Notes under the pieces: generated by a model
What the model was told of the DNA's origin: nothing
The model's database searches: none
What the model saw: only the letters and a program-made list of their open reading frames with translations
Position numbers and translations under genes: made by a program
Shown: positions 25,272 through 35,187 of the stretch, one piece after another
Layout of the letters: the number at the start of each line of letters is the position of its first letter
Position numbering within the stretch: position 1 is the first letter of the stretch
Source: a virus
Taxonomy: Duplodnaviria; Caudoviricetes
Strand: one strand, 5' to 3'
DNA: 60,075 nt
IMG/VR virus record: IMGVR_UViG_3300009508_000005
Location: 1-60,075 of that record

Positions 25272-26021
25272 ATGACCCTCCGAGAGCTGCTGGAAGAACT
25301 TCGGTCGCAGATCCTGCGGGACACTTCGTCGGCCGTAGGGGCAGCAGCCTCGGAGGGCGCACTGCACTCCGACGAGTCGCTTATTAACTACATCCGCGAC
25401 GCGGAAGTTAAGTTTGCGATACGGACTGCGTGCCTGCGGGATAGCCGCACTGATTCTGTGTGCCTAATCACCTTGGTGGAGGGGCAGTCTGAGTACGACG
25501 TGAGTAAGCGGATCATCAACGTGTTCGGTGCGCGGTACGACGGGCGCATTAACTTGGGGCCGATTGGGTTCACCAACGAGATAACCCCCCGCGCTAACCT
25601 GTCTCCCAGCGTACCAACCCAGTACAGCACCACCCCCGGAGAGCCGCGATTCTTCTACACGGACTCGGGCAGTGGCGTCATTGGCGTGGTGCCAGCCCCA
25701 GGCCCGGAGCACGCCGGCAAGACCATACGACTGACTGTTACGCGCAAGCCCTTGGTTCCTCTGACTAAGTCGAACCTGTCTGCGGAGCCCGAGATCCCGG
25801 AGGAATACCACTTGGACCTGCTGGGGTGGGCGGCGTTCCTGGCGTTGTCTAACAACGATTCGGAGATCAACGGGGATCCAGCGAACATTTCCATTATTAT
25901 GGCGCGCAACAACGTGCACAAGAAACGGTTCAACGACGCCGTGGATGAATGCAAGACGCAGATTAAGAACGCTAGCGCGGGTACCGTATCTTTCGCTACC
26001 CCCGGCGCAAACTGGAGATAG
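25272..26021 (+). CDS. Head-tail adaptor / tail tubular protein A-like
   Basis: MTLRELL..LR..ILRD, L.EGQ.EY, PEIPEEYH..L..WA. Confidence 0.75.
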   Translation: MTLRELLEELRSQILRDTSSAVGAAASEGALHSDESLINYIRDAEVKFAIRTACLRDSRTDSVCLITLVEGQSEYDVSKRIINVFGARYDGRINLGPIGFTNEITPRANLSPSVPTQYSTTPGEPRFFYTDSGSGVIGVVPAPGPEHAGKTIRLTVTRKPLVPLTKSNLSAEPEIPEEYHLDLLGWAAFLALSNNDSEINGDPANISIIMARNNVHKKRFNDAVDECKTQIKNASAGTVSFATPGANWR

Positions 26022-26024
26022 GCC

Positions 26025-27197
26025 ATGGCTACTGTTATAGACCCCCGCACTGGACTGCCCGTGCAGGTGCCCTCGCGCACTGGATTGGCAGCGGCTACTC
26101 AACCCAACTTGGGCGGTCAGTTGGCGGATACTATGTACTCCAAGCTACCTAATCGCGCGGGCGCGCAGATGCCGGCGCCAGCGCGGAGGCAAGGGCTGGC
26201 AGCGGCTACTCAACCCAACTTGGGTGGTCAGTTGGCGGACACTATGTACGCGTCTCTGCCGCCATCCACGTTCGCGCAGATCCCCGTTGCCGCGCCCAGT
26301 ACCGCACCCACTACTGCGCCGGTCGCCCCCGCTGCGGCAGCACCAGCTCCCGTGGTAACGCCAGTGGCTGAGCCAGTAGCCCCGTTGGATGTGGCGTCGT
26401 TGAACCGGCAGGTAGCGGAGCGCATCGAGTTGTCGCGCCCCGAAGCTGGGATCCTGCAGCCCGCAGAGCGCGGCAATTATAATCAGTACAACACGGATCA
26501 AGCCGCGTTGGCGCAACGGGCAGCCCCCACCAACGGAATCAACTTCGGGTTCGGACCCGACAATACTGCCCGCGACTACCTAGACGCTGCGGCCGTACGT
26601 GACGCCCAAGCTGCGGAGCAGGCTGCCCAGCGCAGAACTACTGCTCAGAACAACATTCGCCGTAGCCAGCTAACGAACGCCGCGCAGAGTGACGACGTCA
26701 ACGAACGCCGCGTCGCGCTGCAGTCTCTGGCAGCGCTCGACGCTGGTGAGCAGCAGGGTGCTTCGGAGTTGGCTAACACGGGTCGCGCACGTATTAACCT
26801 GCAAGGGCAGATGGAGCAGGCGAGGACTGCGGGGGACGCGGCGGTGCAGGCCGCTCAACTTCGGTCCCAAGGTACACTGGCCGGCGCTGCCCTGGGGCGA
26901 GAAGCTACGCTGGAGGCTGCACGGATAAAGGCGTCTGGTGGCGTGGCTACTGAACAAGCAAAGGCGACCAGTCCGACGTCACTACTGGCCGCGCAGCGAG
27001 CCCAAGGTGAGCTGCAGCGCCAGCAGATGATCAACGACGCCATGCAGGCAGGCGACATCGAGACTGCCATTGCACTCGCCGGTGGTGGGCGTGCGTCCGA
27101 TAAGGCGTATACTGACCCCATCACTGGGGCGCCCCTGTCTCCCGAGGCGATTTTCCAACTACAACAGCGCCAACTGCAGCAGTTGCAGGGCCAGTAA
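26025..27197 (+). CDS. Putative internal virion (ejection) protein
   Basis: A/Q-rich helical; duplicated GLAAATQPNLGGQLADTMY; precedes giant protein. Confidence 0.6.
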   Translation: MATVIDPRTGLPVQVPSRTGLAAATQPNLGGQLADTMYSKLPNRAGAQMPAPARRQGLAAATQPNLGGQLADTMYASLPPSTFAQIPVAAPSTAPTTAPVAPAAAAPAPVVTPVAEPVAPLDVASLNRQVAERIELSRPEAGILQPAERGNYNQYNTDQAALAQRAAPTNGINFGFGPDNTARDYLDAAAVRDAQAAEQAAQRRTTAQNNIRRSQLTNAAQSDDVNERRVALQSLAALDAGEQQGASELANTGRARINLQGQMEQARTAGDAAVQAAQLRSQGTLAGAALGREATLEAARIKASGGVATEQAKATSPTSLLAAQRAQGELQRQQMINDAMQAGDIETAIALAGGGRASDKAYTDPITGAPLSPEAIFQLQQRQLQQLQGQ

Positions 27198-27218
27198 CAC
27201 CACAAGACGAGGTAGGAA

Positions 27219-30200
27219 ATGGCCGAGCAATACAGCCCAGGTCTACTTGCACGAGCTTACGAGCTGCAAGCCGCAGAAGCCGCGAGACAGAAGGCAGCGC
27301 AAGCAGCAGCCGCGCAGGAAGCCGCAGCAGTACGCGAAGCTACACGGGACCGCACAGCGGGGGAGTTCGCAGGAGACACTGCGGCTGCCGCGTTGCAGAC
27401 AGCGGTGGGTCTTGGCGGCGCTGGCTACGGGTTGGCGAATATGGCTACCCTTGGGGTGGCCGACCGGGTGCTCGGACTGTCAGAGAATTTTGACCGGACG
27501 CAGGACATAGTGGAGGGGTTCAAGTCTGCCCCGCTAAAGGCGCGCAAAGCGGAAATGCAGCGCAGGTTCGACGAGGAAGGGGTCGGCGCTGGCGCAGGGT
27601 ACTTGGCTAGCACCCCATCGGTACTGGGAGACTTCGCTGTTCAGTCTGCCGGGTACCTAATTCCTGGGGCTGCCGCCGCACGTACTGCGGGTAGGATCGC
27701 TGCCGCTGGTACCGCAGCGCGGGGTGGGTCGTCCCTAGCCCAAGCGGGCAACGCCCAGCGCGCGGCTACCCGCGCAGGTCTGGTGGCCCAAGGCGGGCAG
27801 ACCGCTGGATACATGAACATCGACGCCATCAACGCTGCACGCGACGCTGGCCGGTCGGAGGGTGAGCAACAGGCGTACGGTTTGGGTGCTGGTGCAGTAG
27901 GCGCCGTGGTAGGCCCAGCCATATCTAAACTGACAGGTGCTGCCCAGCTGGAAGCCCGTGCGGCCCAAGCGTTCGGCGGGGCGGCGGTACCGGCAGGTGC
28001 ATCTGGACTAGCCAGTCGTGTGGCTGTAGGTGCAGGACAGCAGGCGGTCGAGGAAGGTGCGCAGGAGTCTTACGAGCAGGTAGTCCGTAACATCGCTGGT
28101 GGTAACGACCTTGGGGATCAGGTTGCGCAAAACGCGGCTATCGGTGCGATCCTCGGGTCTGTACTGGGCGGTGGCATGGGTGCTACTGGGCGCAGTGTTG
28201 GGGCGGACGAAGCTGCTAAGCTGCGCACGGATGTCGAGCGCGAGCTACTGCGGTACAACATGGACCAGAGGGGCGTACTGGCCCCTAGCGCGTTGTCCGA
28301 CTGGACTGGCCCTGCCGGTGCCGGAGACAATGCGGCTATTCTTGACGCGCAGACCGCAGCGTTGTCTTCGCAGCTACCCGTGGTTGGTGAGGGTACCGCC
28401 GAGGAAGTGGCTGCGGTTACTGGTGCGGAGCAGATTGACGTCGCCGCTGCCGCCGAGGCAGGACAACTAGACGCCGAGCTGGAGGCACTGGCTCGGGACC
28501 AAGACGCTGCCCAAGCCCGCGAGACCACTGCCAACGTGGATGCTCCGCTATCTGAGCAGCTGCCGCAGGTGGAAGAACTCACCGGCGCTCGCCGTATACT
28601 GGCCGAGCGCGGAGCCACACGCATCCCCCGTGCTCAGGTGCAGGAAATCGCCCCGGAGGAAATTTTCCTTGGACCAGACAATGCAAGTGCCACCGATACT
28701 TATAAGCAGCGCGCTCCATTGGCAGGTGTGCGCCAGCGCTTTGGTGAGGATACTGCGGCAGCCGAGGCCCAACGACGTGGCCCAGATGCCCTTCCACTGG
28801 AAGACGTGCAGCAGTACTTTGGCGCAGCAGAGGCGGGCCGCCAATATGGCAAGCGCCAGCAGACCGCCGCCGAGGTGGAAGCGCCCGCCGCGCCAGTCCC
28901 GATTGACCTGAGCGTGCCGAAAACTAAACGTGACTACCTGCGGGATGTTCGCGCCGCAGTCGCCGGCACTAGCGGGCAGGATCCCAAGCGCCTGAGTGGC
29001 AAGGCTTGGAATGAGTTGCTTGCCGGCGCAGCTGCGGAAGGGATCGCCCCCACCAGCCCAGACTTCGCTGCCTACATGGGGCACCACGCGGACTTAGCAC
29101 TGCGCACTGCCAACGAGCAGGGTACAGCTGAGTCCAGCGTCATGGCCGCCGTGTACAACGCGTATCCGCTGACAGCCGAGCAGCAGCTGGATGCCTCGGA
29201 CCGCTGGGGTGGATTGCCCGCCACGGAAGCATCAGAGGACGCTATATTCGGTGCTCGCCCAGAGCCCAAGGTTGCGGACAGTGACATCGTTCGCCCACCT
29301 GCCGGCCGTGAAACACTAGGATCCATGCTCGCTGCCCTTGGGGGCATCAGCATGGATTATCAGATGGACATTACCGGGGACAAGGGCAAGAAGGCGAACA
29401 AGGGGTACCGTACGGGTAACCTGTTCCAGCGCTCCGGCACCAGCATAGACGACGCGGCCAAGGCAGCGTGGGAAGCTGGGTACATGACGGACGTGGACTA
29501 CGCTAACCTGGGTGGGGTGCCTAAGCTGACTGAGCTACTGCAGCGCGCGTACTCAGGTGAGCCAGTGTTCCCCGTCGGGTCTCAAGCGTTCGAGAACCAG
29601 ATGGAAGCGCAGCTGCTGGAACGGCAGCAGACTGAGGCGGCTGAGGGTGCTAGCGCACCAGCGCAGCAGCAAGAGCAGGATGGTGAGACGGATACCACGT
29701 TCGCGGACCACTTGCAGTCGCTGTATGTAGCAGGTACCGCCGAGGAACTGAACCGCACGGTCATCGGGGTGCGCAGCAGCCCAGCGTTCGCTGAGTACTC
29801 CTATGAACAGAAGCTGATCATGGAGAACCGCATCGCGGAGCGCTGGAGCGAGTTGGATGGCATCGACTTCCACTTAGCGGACACAGTTGCTCCCAAGAAA
29901 ACCACGGTGGATGCGCGCCGGTTCGACACCATGGTCAAGTCAGCTCCGGCTAGACTCGGGGTGGAGGTAAGTGGGGTCTCTACGGTTGCGGACCTCAGCG
30001 CTGTGCTGGGCCGTCAGATGCCCGCTAATACCAAGGGTGTCTACACCCAAGAAGGGCAGCTCTATATCGTGCGGGAGAACCACACGGACGTAAAAGACGT
30101 GGCGTTCACCATCGCCCACGAGCAGGGCCACTTGGGGTTGGATAAACTACTAGGCACGCACCTGCGCAGCGCCACTCGTCGCATGTGGGCCAACTCGGCT

Positions 30201-33200
30201 ATGCGCAAGCGGATCCAGCAGAAAATGCTAGACCTGAAACTCAATGCGGAAGGCGAAGCAGCCCCCGCAGCCAGCCGCTCCTTGGCCGCTGAGGAAGTGC
30301 TGGCAGACATGCTGGCGTCTGGCGAGCGCATAAACAAGGACGTATGGGCCAAGCTGCGCGCCGGGGTCAAAGAGTTCTTTGCCAAGCTGTTCGGTGTGAG
30401 CGACTACATAGTAACCAACGGGGAAGTAGACGGGCTGTTGCAGTCTGTCGCCCAGGTTATCAAGGGTGACGTCACCCCGGAGGGCGCACGCACCCCGGAT
30501 ATGCGCGCTTGGTTCACTGACACTACTAACGCAGCGAAAGCGGACGACAAGTTCTCCAAGGTCAACGCTGACCTGGACGCCACCATCGACGCAGCACGAG
30601 CGGAACTGTCTTCCCAGCGCCTGCCACCCGTGGCCGACTTCTTGAAGAGTGCGGGGGAAGCGTCTGCCACCAACGCGAAGACCCTTTGGTCACAGGTAAA
30701 GAACGGCAGTCTAAAGGACGTGCTGGTCAAGAACTTCATGCACCTAAACCAGCTGTCCGCGTTCTACGACAAGCTGTTCGCGGGGCGCATTGGGGCGCTA
30801 GCTGACGAAAAGTCCGCCATGGAAGCGGCGTTCAACAAGATGAACGCTCGGGATAACGAGCTGTCGTATGAGGGCGAGAAGCTGGGCAAGCAGTCAGTCA
30901 ACGACTTCGCCCGCGAGTGGTCCGGGTTTGGACGCCGTCAGCCAAGCAAGCACCGTGCGCTCAACACCATGATGCAGTACTCCACGTTCTACAAGGTGTT
31001 CCCGGACCGCGCGTGGGATAAGCAGGGCAGCGTGGACTACAGCGCGGCTGGGTACACCGAGGTAGACCGCAAGGCCGCGTTGGCCAAGGTCCAGCAGATG
31101 TGGAGCGCTGTGGGTACCGAGGGGCAGTCGATCTATAAGCGGTCCCAGGCGATCTACGAGTCCCGTTGGAACGAGCGCTACGATGCGCTGACCAAGGAGC
31201 TGGACCGCATTGGCAAAGTGAACAAGGAGTACGGTGGCGACACCAGCGTTGTGGACGGGAAGATCGTCAAATACAAAGCGGACATACGCTTGGCGCTGGG
31301 TAAGTTGAAGGAAGGCCCGTACTCGCCACTCCAGCGCAATGGGGAGCACACCGTAGTGGTCACCGACGCCGGCACTGGGGCGGTAATCCACTTCTCAGCG
31401 TACGACACCAAGGAAGCGGCCCAAGCTACCAGTGGGTCTCTACGGGAGCAGTACGCTGCGGACAACTCCGCTGGCAACTACAACGTGATTGTGTCGACCC
31501 GTGCGGACTTCGACTCTCGCTTGGGCGGTACCAGCGTGGGGAATGTGGAGTCGCAGCGCCGCACAATCTTGGCTGACGTGGAGTCCATGCTGCCCGCAGG
31601 TATCGACGACGCAGCGCGGGCACAGGTGGCTAACACGGTGTCGAACGCACTAACCGAAGCGTACCTTGCTGGGCTGCCTGACCGCGCATTCATGAAGCAT
31701 GCCAAGACCCGTAAGAACGTCGACGGGTTCGACCTCGATGCGTTCCGCGCTTTCGCGGATTACTCCCTGCGATCCGCGCGGGACATCGCGGGTATTCAGT
31801 TTGACGGGCGGATCGCCAGCGCGCTCAACTCGGTGGAGACGTTCGCTAAGGACATCACGCTGGGTAAGATGCGCCCCGACGGGACCAAGGGTGTTTACAC
31901 CGGGGACACCGCGCTGATCCGTACAGTAGCCGACGCGGTTAAGCGCCAGCATGCGGCGAGCTTGGACGTGACTGAGAACAAACTGGTCAACGGACTGTCG
32001 CAGGCGGGGTTCATGTGGTTCATGACTTCCCCCAGCCAGATGTTCCTGAACGCCACCCAGACCCACTTGGTAGCGCTGCCCCGTTTGGCCTCCCAGTATG
32101 GCGGGGGCCGTGCGGCGAAAGAGATCCACAAAGCCATGGCGCAGTTCGCCAAGTCGAAAGGCAGCCTGCTCGGTACCGACTCGGTACTGCGTAAGAGTGG
32201 GGAAGTCCGAGATCAGGTGATGCTGGACGTACTGCAGCAGCTGCATGACGAAGGCCCGCTGGATCTCACGCAGGCGCACCAAGTGTCTGAGTACGCTGGT
32301 GGTCGTAATGCGGCACTGACTCCCTATATGAGCAAGGTGGTGGAGTTCGCTTCGATGTTTATGCACCGGTCGGAGGTATTCAACCGGGAGGTTACGTCCG
32401 CTGCCGCAGTGCGGTTGGAGTTGGATAAGCGCGGCGGCTCACTCCCAGCGAAAGGGTCCGCTGAGTACGACACCTTGGTGGCGGAAATGACCAAGCTGGG
32501 TACCCGCGCCATTGACACTACCCACTACAACTACGCACAGTCGAATAAGCCCGCAGTCATGCAGGGCGCCGTGGGCAAGTTGGTGTTCCAGTTCCAGCAG
32601 TACCGGTTCCACACCCTGGCTATGATGGCCCGTGACATCCGCAACGCGCGGCTGGGCAAGGCAGTTATGGACCCAGTAAATAAGGCCATGGGCAAGGACG
32701 TCGTGGCCCTCAGCCCGCTGGATGCTGAGGAAGCACGCGAAGCTCGAGCTGCGTTGTCTTGGCTGCTCGGCATGCAGCTTGCATTCACCGGTGCTGCAGG
32801 GACAGTCTTGGCCCCGTTCGCGTTCGGCATAGCTGACGCGTTCCGGGACGATGACGACCTGACAGACAGCCGCACGGACTTCATTAACTACGCTGGCAAG
32901 TATATGTCGCACGGCGTGCTCGCGGGGCTGGTGGACACGCAGCGGGTCAGTGCTGCTACACTGATACCCTACTATGGCGAGAAAGGGTACGAGCCAGTGG
33001 GCGGCAAATCATCTGACCTGTTCGAGTATCACCTGATGCGGAACCTCGGCCCGTGGGTCGGTCTGCTGGGCGATGCTGTCAACGGCGGGTCCGCACTGAT
33101 GAACGGCGACGTGTACAAAGCGTCCCAAGGGCTGCTGCCTAAGCCGTTCCGTGATGCTGTCAAGTCGGTGAACGAGACCGCTGGGGGCATCCGCGACCAA

Positions 33201-33575
33201 CGAGGCGTGCTGTACGCTGAGCCTAGCGCACTGTCGTCTGTGACCAGCTTCCTCGGTCTGCGCAGCGCTGAGCGTCGTGACGTCGAGGGGGTGCGGTCTT
33301 CCATCTACCGGGCGAATAAGATTTCCAGCAACGCCCGAGATCGCTACCTGACTAAGCTAGCCTTGGCTCAGTCCGAGGGCGACATGCAGGGTATGGCGGA
33401 AGTCCGCCAAGAGATCCAGGCGTGGAATAGTAAGTACCCGGATCTGGCTATCACTGGGCAGGAGCAGCGCCGTGCGATAGTATCGCGTGCGCGGGCGCAG
33501 TCCATAGCCAGCCAAACCGGAGTCCCTATGGGTAGACTCCCTGGACCAACCATCGACGCGCTGCTAGGACGATGA
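27219..33575 (+). CDS. Giant internal virion / polyvalent protein (zincin HExxH and PLxRFG-like motifs)
   Basis: 2118 aa; G/A-rich N-terminus; IAHEQGH...AEEVLA; YSPLQRNG; FQFQQY. Confidence 0.8.
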   Translation: MAEQYSPGLLARAYELQAAEAARQKAAQAAAAQEAAAVREATRDRTAGEFAGDTAAAALQTAVGLGGAGYGLANMATLGVADRVLGLSENFDRTQDIVEGFKSAPLKARKAEMQRRFDEEGVGAGAGYLASTPSVLGDFAVQSAGYLIPGAAAARTAGRIAAAGTAARGGSSLAQAGNAQRAATRAGLVAQGGQTAGYMNIDAINAARDAGRSEGEQQAYGLGAGAVGAVVGPAISKLTGAAQLEARAAQAFGGAAVPAGASGLASRVAVGAGQQAVEEGAQESYEQVVRNIAGGNDLGDQVAQNAAIGAILGSVLGGGMGATGRSVGADEAAKLRTDVERELLRYNMDQRGVLAPSALSDWTGPAGAGDNAAILDAQTAALSSQLPVVGEGTAEEVAAVTGAEQIDVAAAAEAGQLDAELEALARDQDAAQARETTANVDAPLSEQLPQVEELTGARRILAERGATRIPRAQVQEIAPEEIFLGPDNASATDTYKQRAPLAGVRQRFGEDTAAAEAQRRGPDALPLEDVQQYFGAAEAGRQYGKRQQTAAEVEAPAAPVPIDLSVPKTKRDYLRDVRAAVAGTSGQDPKRLSGKAWNELLAGAAAEGIAPTSPDFAAYMGHHADLALRTANEQGTAESSVMAAVYNAYPLTAEQQLDASDRWGGLPATEASEDAIFGARPEPKVADSDIVRPPAGRETLGSMLAALGGISMDYQMDITGDKGKKANKGYRTGNLFQRSGTSIDDAAKAAWEAGYMTDVDYANLGGVPKLTELLQRAYSGEPVFPVGSQAFENQMEAQLLERQQTEAAEGASAPAQQQEQDGETDTTFADHLQSLYVAGTAEELNRTVIGVRSSPAFAEYSYEQKLIMENRIAERWSELDGIDFHLADTVAPKKTTVDARRFDTMVKSAPARLGVEVSGVSTVADLSAVLGRQMPANTKGVYTQEGQLYIVRENHTDVKDVAFTIAHEQGHLGLDKLLGTHLRSATRRMWANSAMRKRIQQKMLDLKLNAEGEAAPAASRSLAAEEVLADMLASGERINKDVWAKLRAGVKEFFAKLFGVSDYIVTNGEVDGLLQSVAQVIKGDVTPEGARTPDMRAWFTDTTNAAKADDKFSKVNADLDATIDAARAELSSQRLPPVADFLKSAGEASATNAKTLWSQVKNGSLKDVLVKNFMHLNQLSAFYDKLFAGRIGALADEKSAMEAAFNKMNARDNELSYEGEKLGKQSVNDFAREWSGFGRRQPSKHRALNTMMQYSTFYKVFPDRAWDKQGSVDYSAAGYTEVDRKAALAKVQQMWSAVGTEGQSIYKRSQAIYESRWNERYDALTKELDRIGKVNKEYGGDTSVVDGKIVKYKADIRLALGKLKEGPYSPLQRNGEHTVVVTDAGTGAVIHFSAYDTKEAAQATSGSLREQYAADNSAGNYNVIVSTRADFDSRLGGTSVGNVESQRRTILADVESMLPAGIDDAARAQVANTVSNALTEAYLAGLPDRAFMKHAKTRKNVDGFDLDAFRAFADYSLRSARDIAGIQFDGRIASALNSVETFAKDITLGKMRPDGTKGVYTGDTALIRTVADAVKRQHAASLDVTENKLVNGLSQAGFMWFMTSPSQMFLNATQTHLVALPRLASQYGGGRAAKEIHKAMAQFAKSKGSLLGTDSVLRKSGEVRDQVMLDVLQQLHDEGPLDLTQAHQVSEYAGGRNAALTPYMSKVVEFASMFMHRSEVFNREVTSAAAVRLELDKRGGSLPAKGSAEYDTLVAEMTKLGTRAIDTTHYNYAQSNKPAVMQGAVGKLVFQFQQYRFHTLAMMARDIRNARLGKAVMDPVNKAMGKDVVALSPLDAEEAREARAALSWLLGMQLAFTGAAGTVLAPFAFGIADAFRDDDDLTDSRTDFINYAGKYMSHGVLAGLVDTQRVSAATLIPYYGEKGYEPVGGKSSDLFEYHLMRNLGPWVGLLGDAVNGGSALMNGDVYKASQGLLPKPFRDAVKSVNETAGGIRDQRGVLYAEPSALSSVTSFLGLRSAERRDVEGVRSSIYRANKISSNARDRYLTKLALAQSEGDMQGMAEVRQEIQAWNSKYPDLAITGQEQRRAIVSRARAQSIASQTGVPMGRLPGPTIDALLGR

Positions 33576-33623
33576 GCAGCGCACCCCTGGGGAGACCTAT
33601 ATGCCGGCTTATAAGGGTAGACC

Positions 33624-34037
33624 GTGACTGTGGACGCTGACATCCAAGGACTTAAAGTTGGGCTCGCGTCGGTTACTAACTCGGTCGACAAAATGAGCGC
33701 GAAGCTGGACACCATAATGGCTGTCCAGATCGAGGTGGCTAAGCTGCAGTCTGAGCAGCGCCAACTCACTTCGTCGCTGGAGCGCGCGTTCAGTGCAATA
33801 GGGGACAACCGACTGCGCATAACCACACTAGAAGACAAGGTGACCCGGTCGTTTGGGTTCGTCCGAGGTGCTATGTTCTTCGGGGCCATCTTGTTTGCAT
33901 TCATCCAGTGGTACGCCATAGACCAAGTAACGGAACTCAGGGCAGTAGGCCCGCAACTAACTGCAATGGATCGCAGGATTCTTTTGGTCGAGCAGCTGAC
34001 CGGCCGATTTATAACGACCCCCGAGGGCAACAAATGA
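33624..34037 (+). CDS. Coiled-coil protein with one TM helix (lysis-associated, holin/antiholin-like)
   Basis: TM GAMFFGAILFAFIQWY; coupled to endolysin. Confidence 0.55.
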   Translation: MTVDADIQGLKVGLASVTNSVDKMSAKLDTIMAVQIEVAKLQSEQRQLTSSLERAFSAIGDNRLRITTLEDKVTRSFGFVRGAMFFGAILFAFIQWYAIDQVTELRAVGPQLTAMDRRILLVEQLTGRFITTPEGNK

Positions 34038-34495
34038 GCAAGTTCAAACTTAGCAAGCGGAGCCTTGGGCGTATGGAAGGCGTGCACCCTGATATGGTAA
34101 AGGTGGTGCACCGAGCCATCGAGCTGACCGAGACTGACTTTGGCGTTACTGAGGGACTGCGCACTGTGGAGCGCCAGCGCACGCTGGTAGCGTCCGGCGC
34201 ATCCAAGACGATGAATAGTCGGCACATCACGGGTCACGCTGTGGATCTAGTGGCTTACATCGGCACGCAGATACGCTGGGACTTCGGCCTGTACTACAAT
34301 TTAGCCGCGGCTATGCGCGCAGCTTCCAAGGAGCTGGACATCCCCGTGGTGTGGGGCGGGTGCTGGCACCTACTGCATAAGACAGACGACCTGGACGCGG
34401 CCGTGGCTGACTACGTGGCACGTAAGAAACGGCAGGGTGGACGTGCTCTGCTGGACGGCCCACACTTTGAGCTGTGGCGTGAGGTGTATTCATGA
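34034..34495 (+). CDS. Endolysin, M15 family (L-Ala-D-Glu) peptidase
   Basis: EGLRT..RQ, S.HITGHAVD, WGG.W, DGPHFEL; start MSKFKLSKRS. Confidence 0.92.
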   Translation: MSKFKLSKRSLGRMEGVHPDMVKVVHRAIELTETDFGVTEGLRTVERQRTLVASGASKTMNSRHITGHAVDLVAYIGTQIRWDFGLYYNLAAAMRAASKELDIPVVWGGCWHLLHKTDDLDAAVADYVARKKRQGGRALLDGPHFELWREVYS

Positions 34496-34695
34496 AATTG
34501 ATAGACGACGTGCGCAACGCGCCTAAGTTCTGGAGCATCCGCCTGTCCGTACTGGCGGCGGCGCTGAGCTCCATGGAGGCAACCATGCCCCTGTTCCGTG
34601 GGACACTGCCTGACGGTACGTTCGCAGTACTATCTATGGTGGTGGCTATGGCGGCTGTCGTCGCCCGCACAGTTAAGCAGGAGCGGTTGAAGTGA
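34492..34695 (+). CDS. Holin (two TM segments)
   Basis: MKLI...KFWSIRL, hydrophobic helices, AR.VKQ end. Confidence 0.75.
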   Translation: MKLIDDVRNAPKFWSIRLSVLAAALSSMEATMPLFRGTLPDGTFAVLSMVVAMAAVVARTVKQERLK

Positions 34696-35069
34696 CTGTG
34701 CCTTGGCAGGCCATAGCGCTAGTCGTCGTGGCGTCTGCGAGCTTCGGGTCCGGGGTGCTAGTCACCCACTGGAAACAGGGTAACGATGCGTTCCACGAGC
34801 TAGAGCGAGAGAACGAGCAGCGCGCACTGGTGGACGGGGTTGTGGCAGCGGTAACTAAATCGACGGTCGAGGCCATCGGGGAGATCCAAATTGAGAACCG
34901 CAATGTTTACCAGCGGACGCGGACGGAAATCGTTCGTGAGCCTGTTTATACTGAGTGCTTGGTTCCTGCTGTCGGGAGCAGCCTGCTCAACGAAGCCCGC
35001 AGCCCCTCTGGTAGCGCAGGAAGCGCTGCTGCAAGAGTGCCCACCGATGCCACTAATCCCGGTGAATGA
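34692..35069 (+). CDS. Inner-membrane spanin (Rz-like)
   Basis: N-terminal TM, coiled region, PVY..C motif. Confidence 0.75.
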   Translation: MTVPWQAIALVVVASASFGSGVLVTHWKQGNDAFHELERENEQRALVDGVVAAVTKSTVEAIGEIQIENRNVYQRTRTEIVREPVYTECLVPAVGSSLLNEARSPSGSAGSAAARVPTDATNPGE

Positions 35070-35187
35070 CGCGGGGGAGATCCCAATGGGGGAGCTGACC
35101 TTGGCGGACATCGAGCTGGCTGGTATGTACCGGGTATGCGCGGAATGGCACCGGGGACTAATCAACGCAGTGAGGGCGCACCAATGA
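34891..35187 (+). CDS. Outer-membrane spanin lipoprotein (Rz1-like), overlapping Rz
   Basis: Hydrophobic signal ending GAAC, LLQECPP, Y..C...H..L; start uncertain. Confidence 0.7.
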   Translation: MRTAMFTSGRGRKSFVSLFILSAWFLLSGAACSTKPAAPLVAQEALLQECPPMPLIPVNDAGEIPMGELTLADIELAGMYRVCAEWHRGLINAVRAHQ

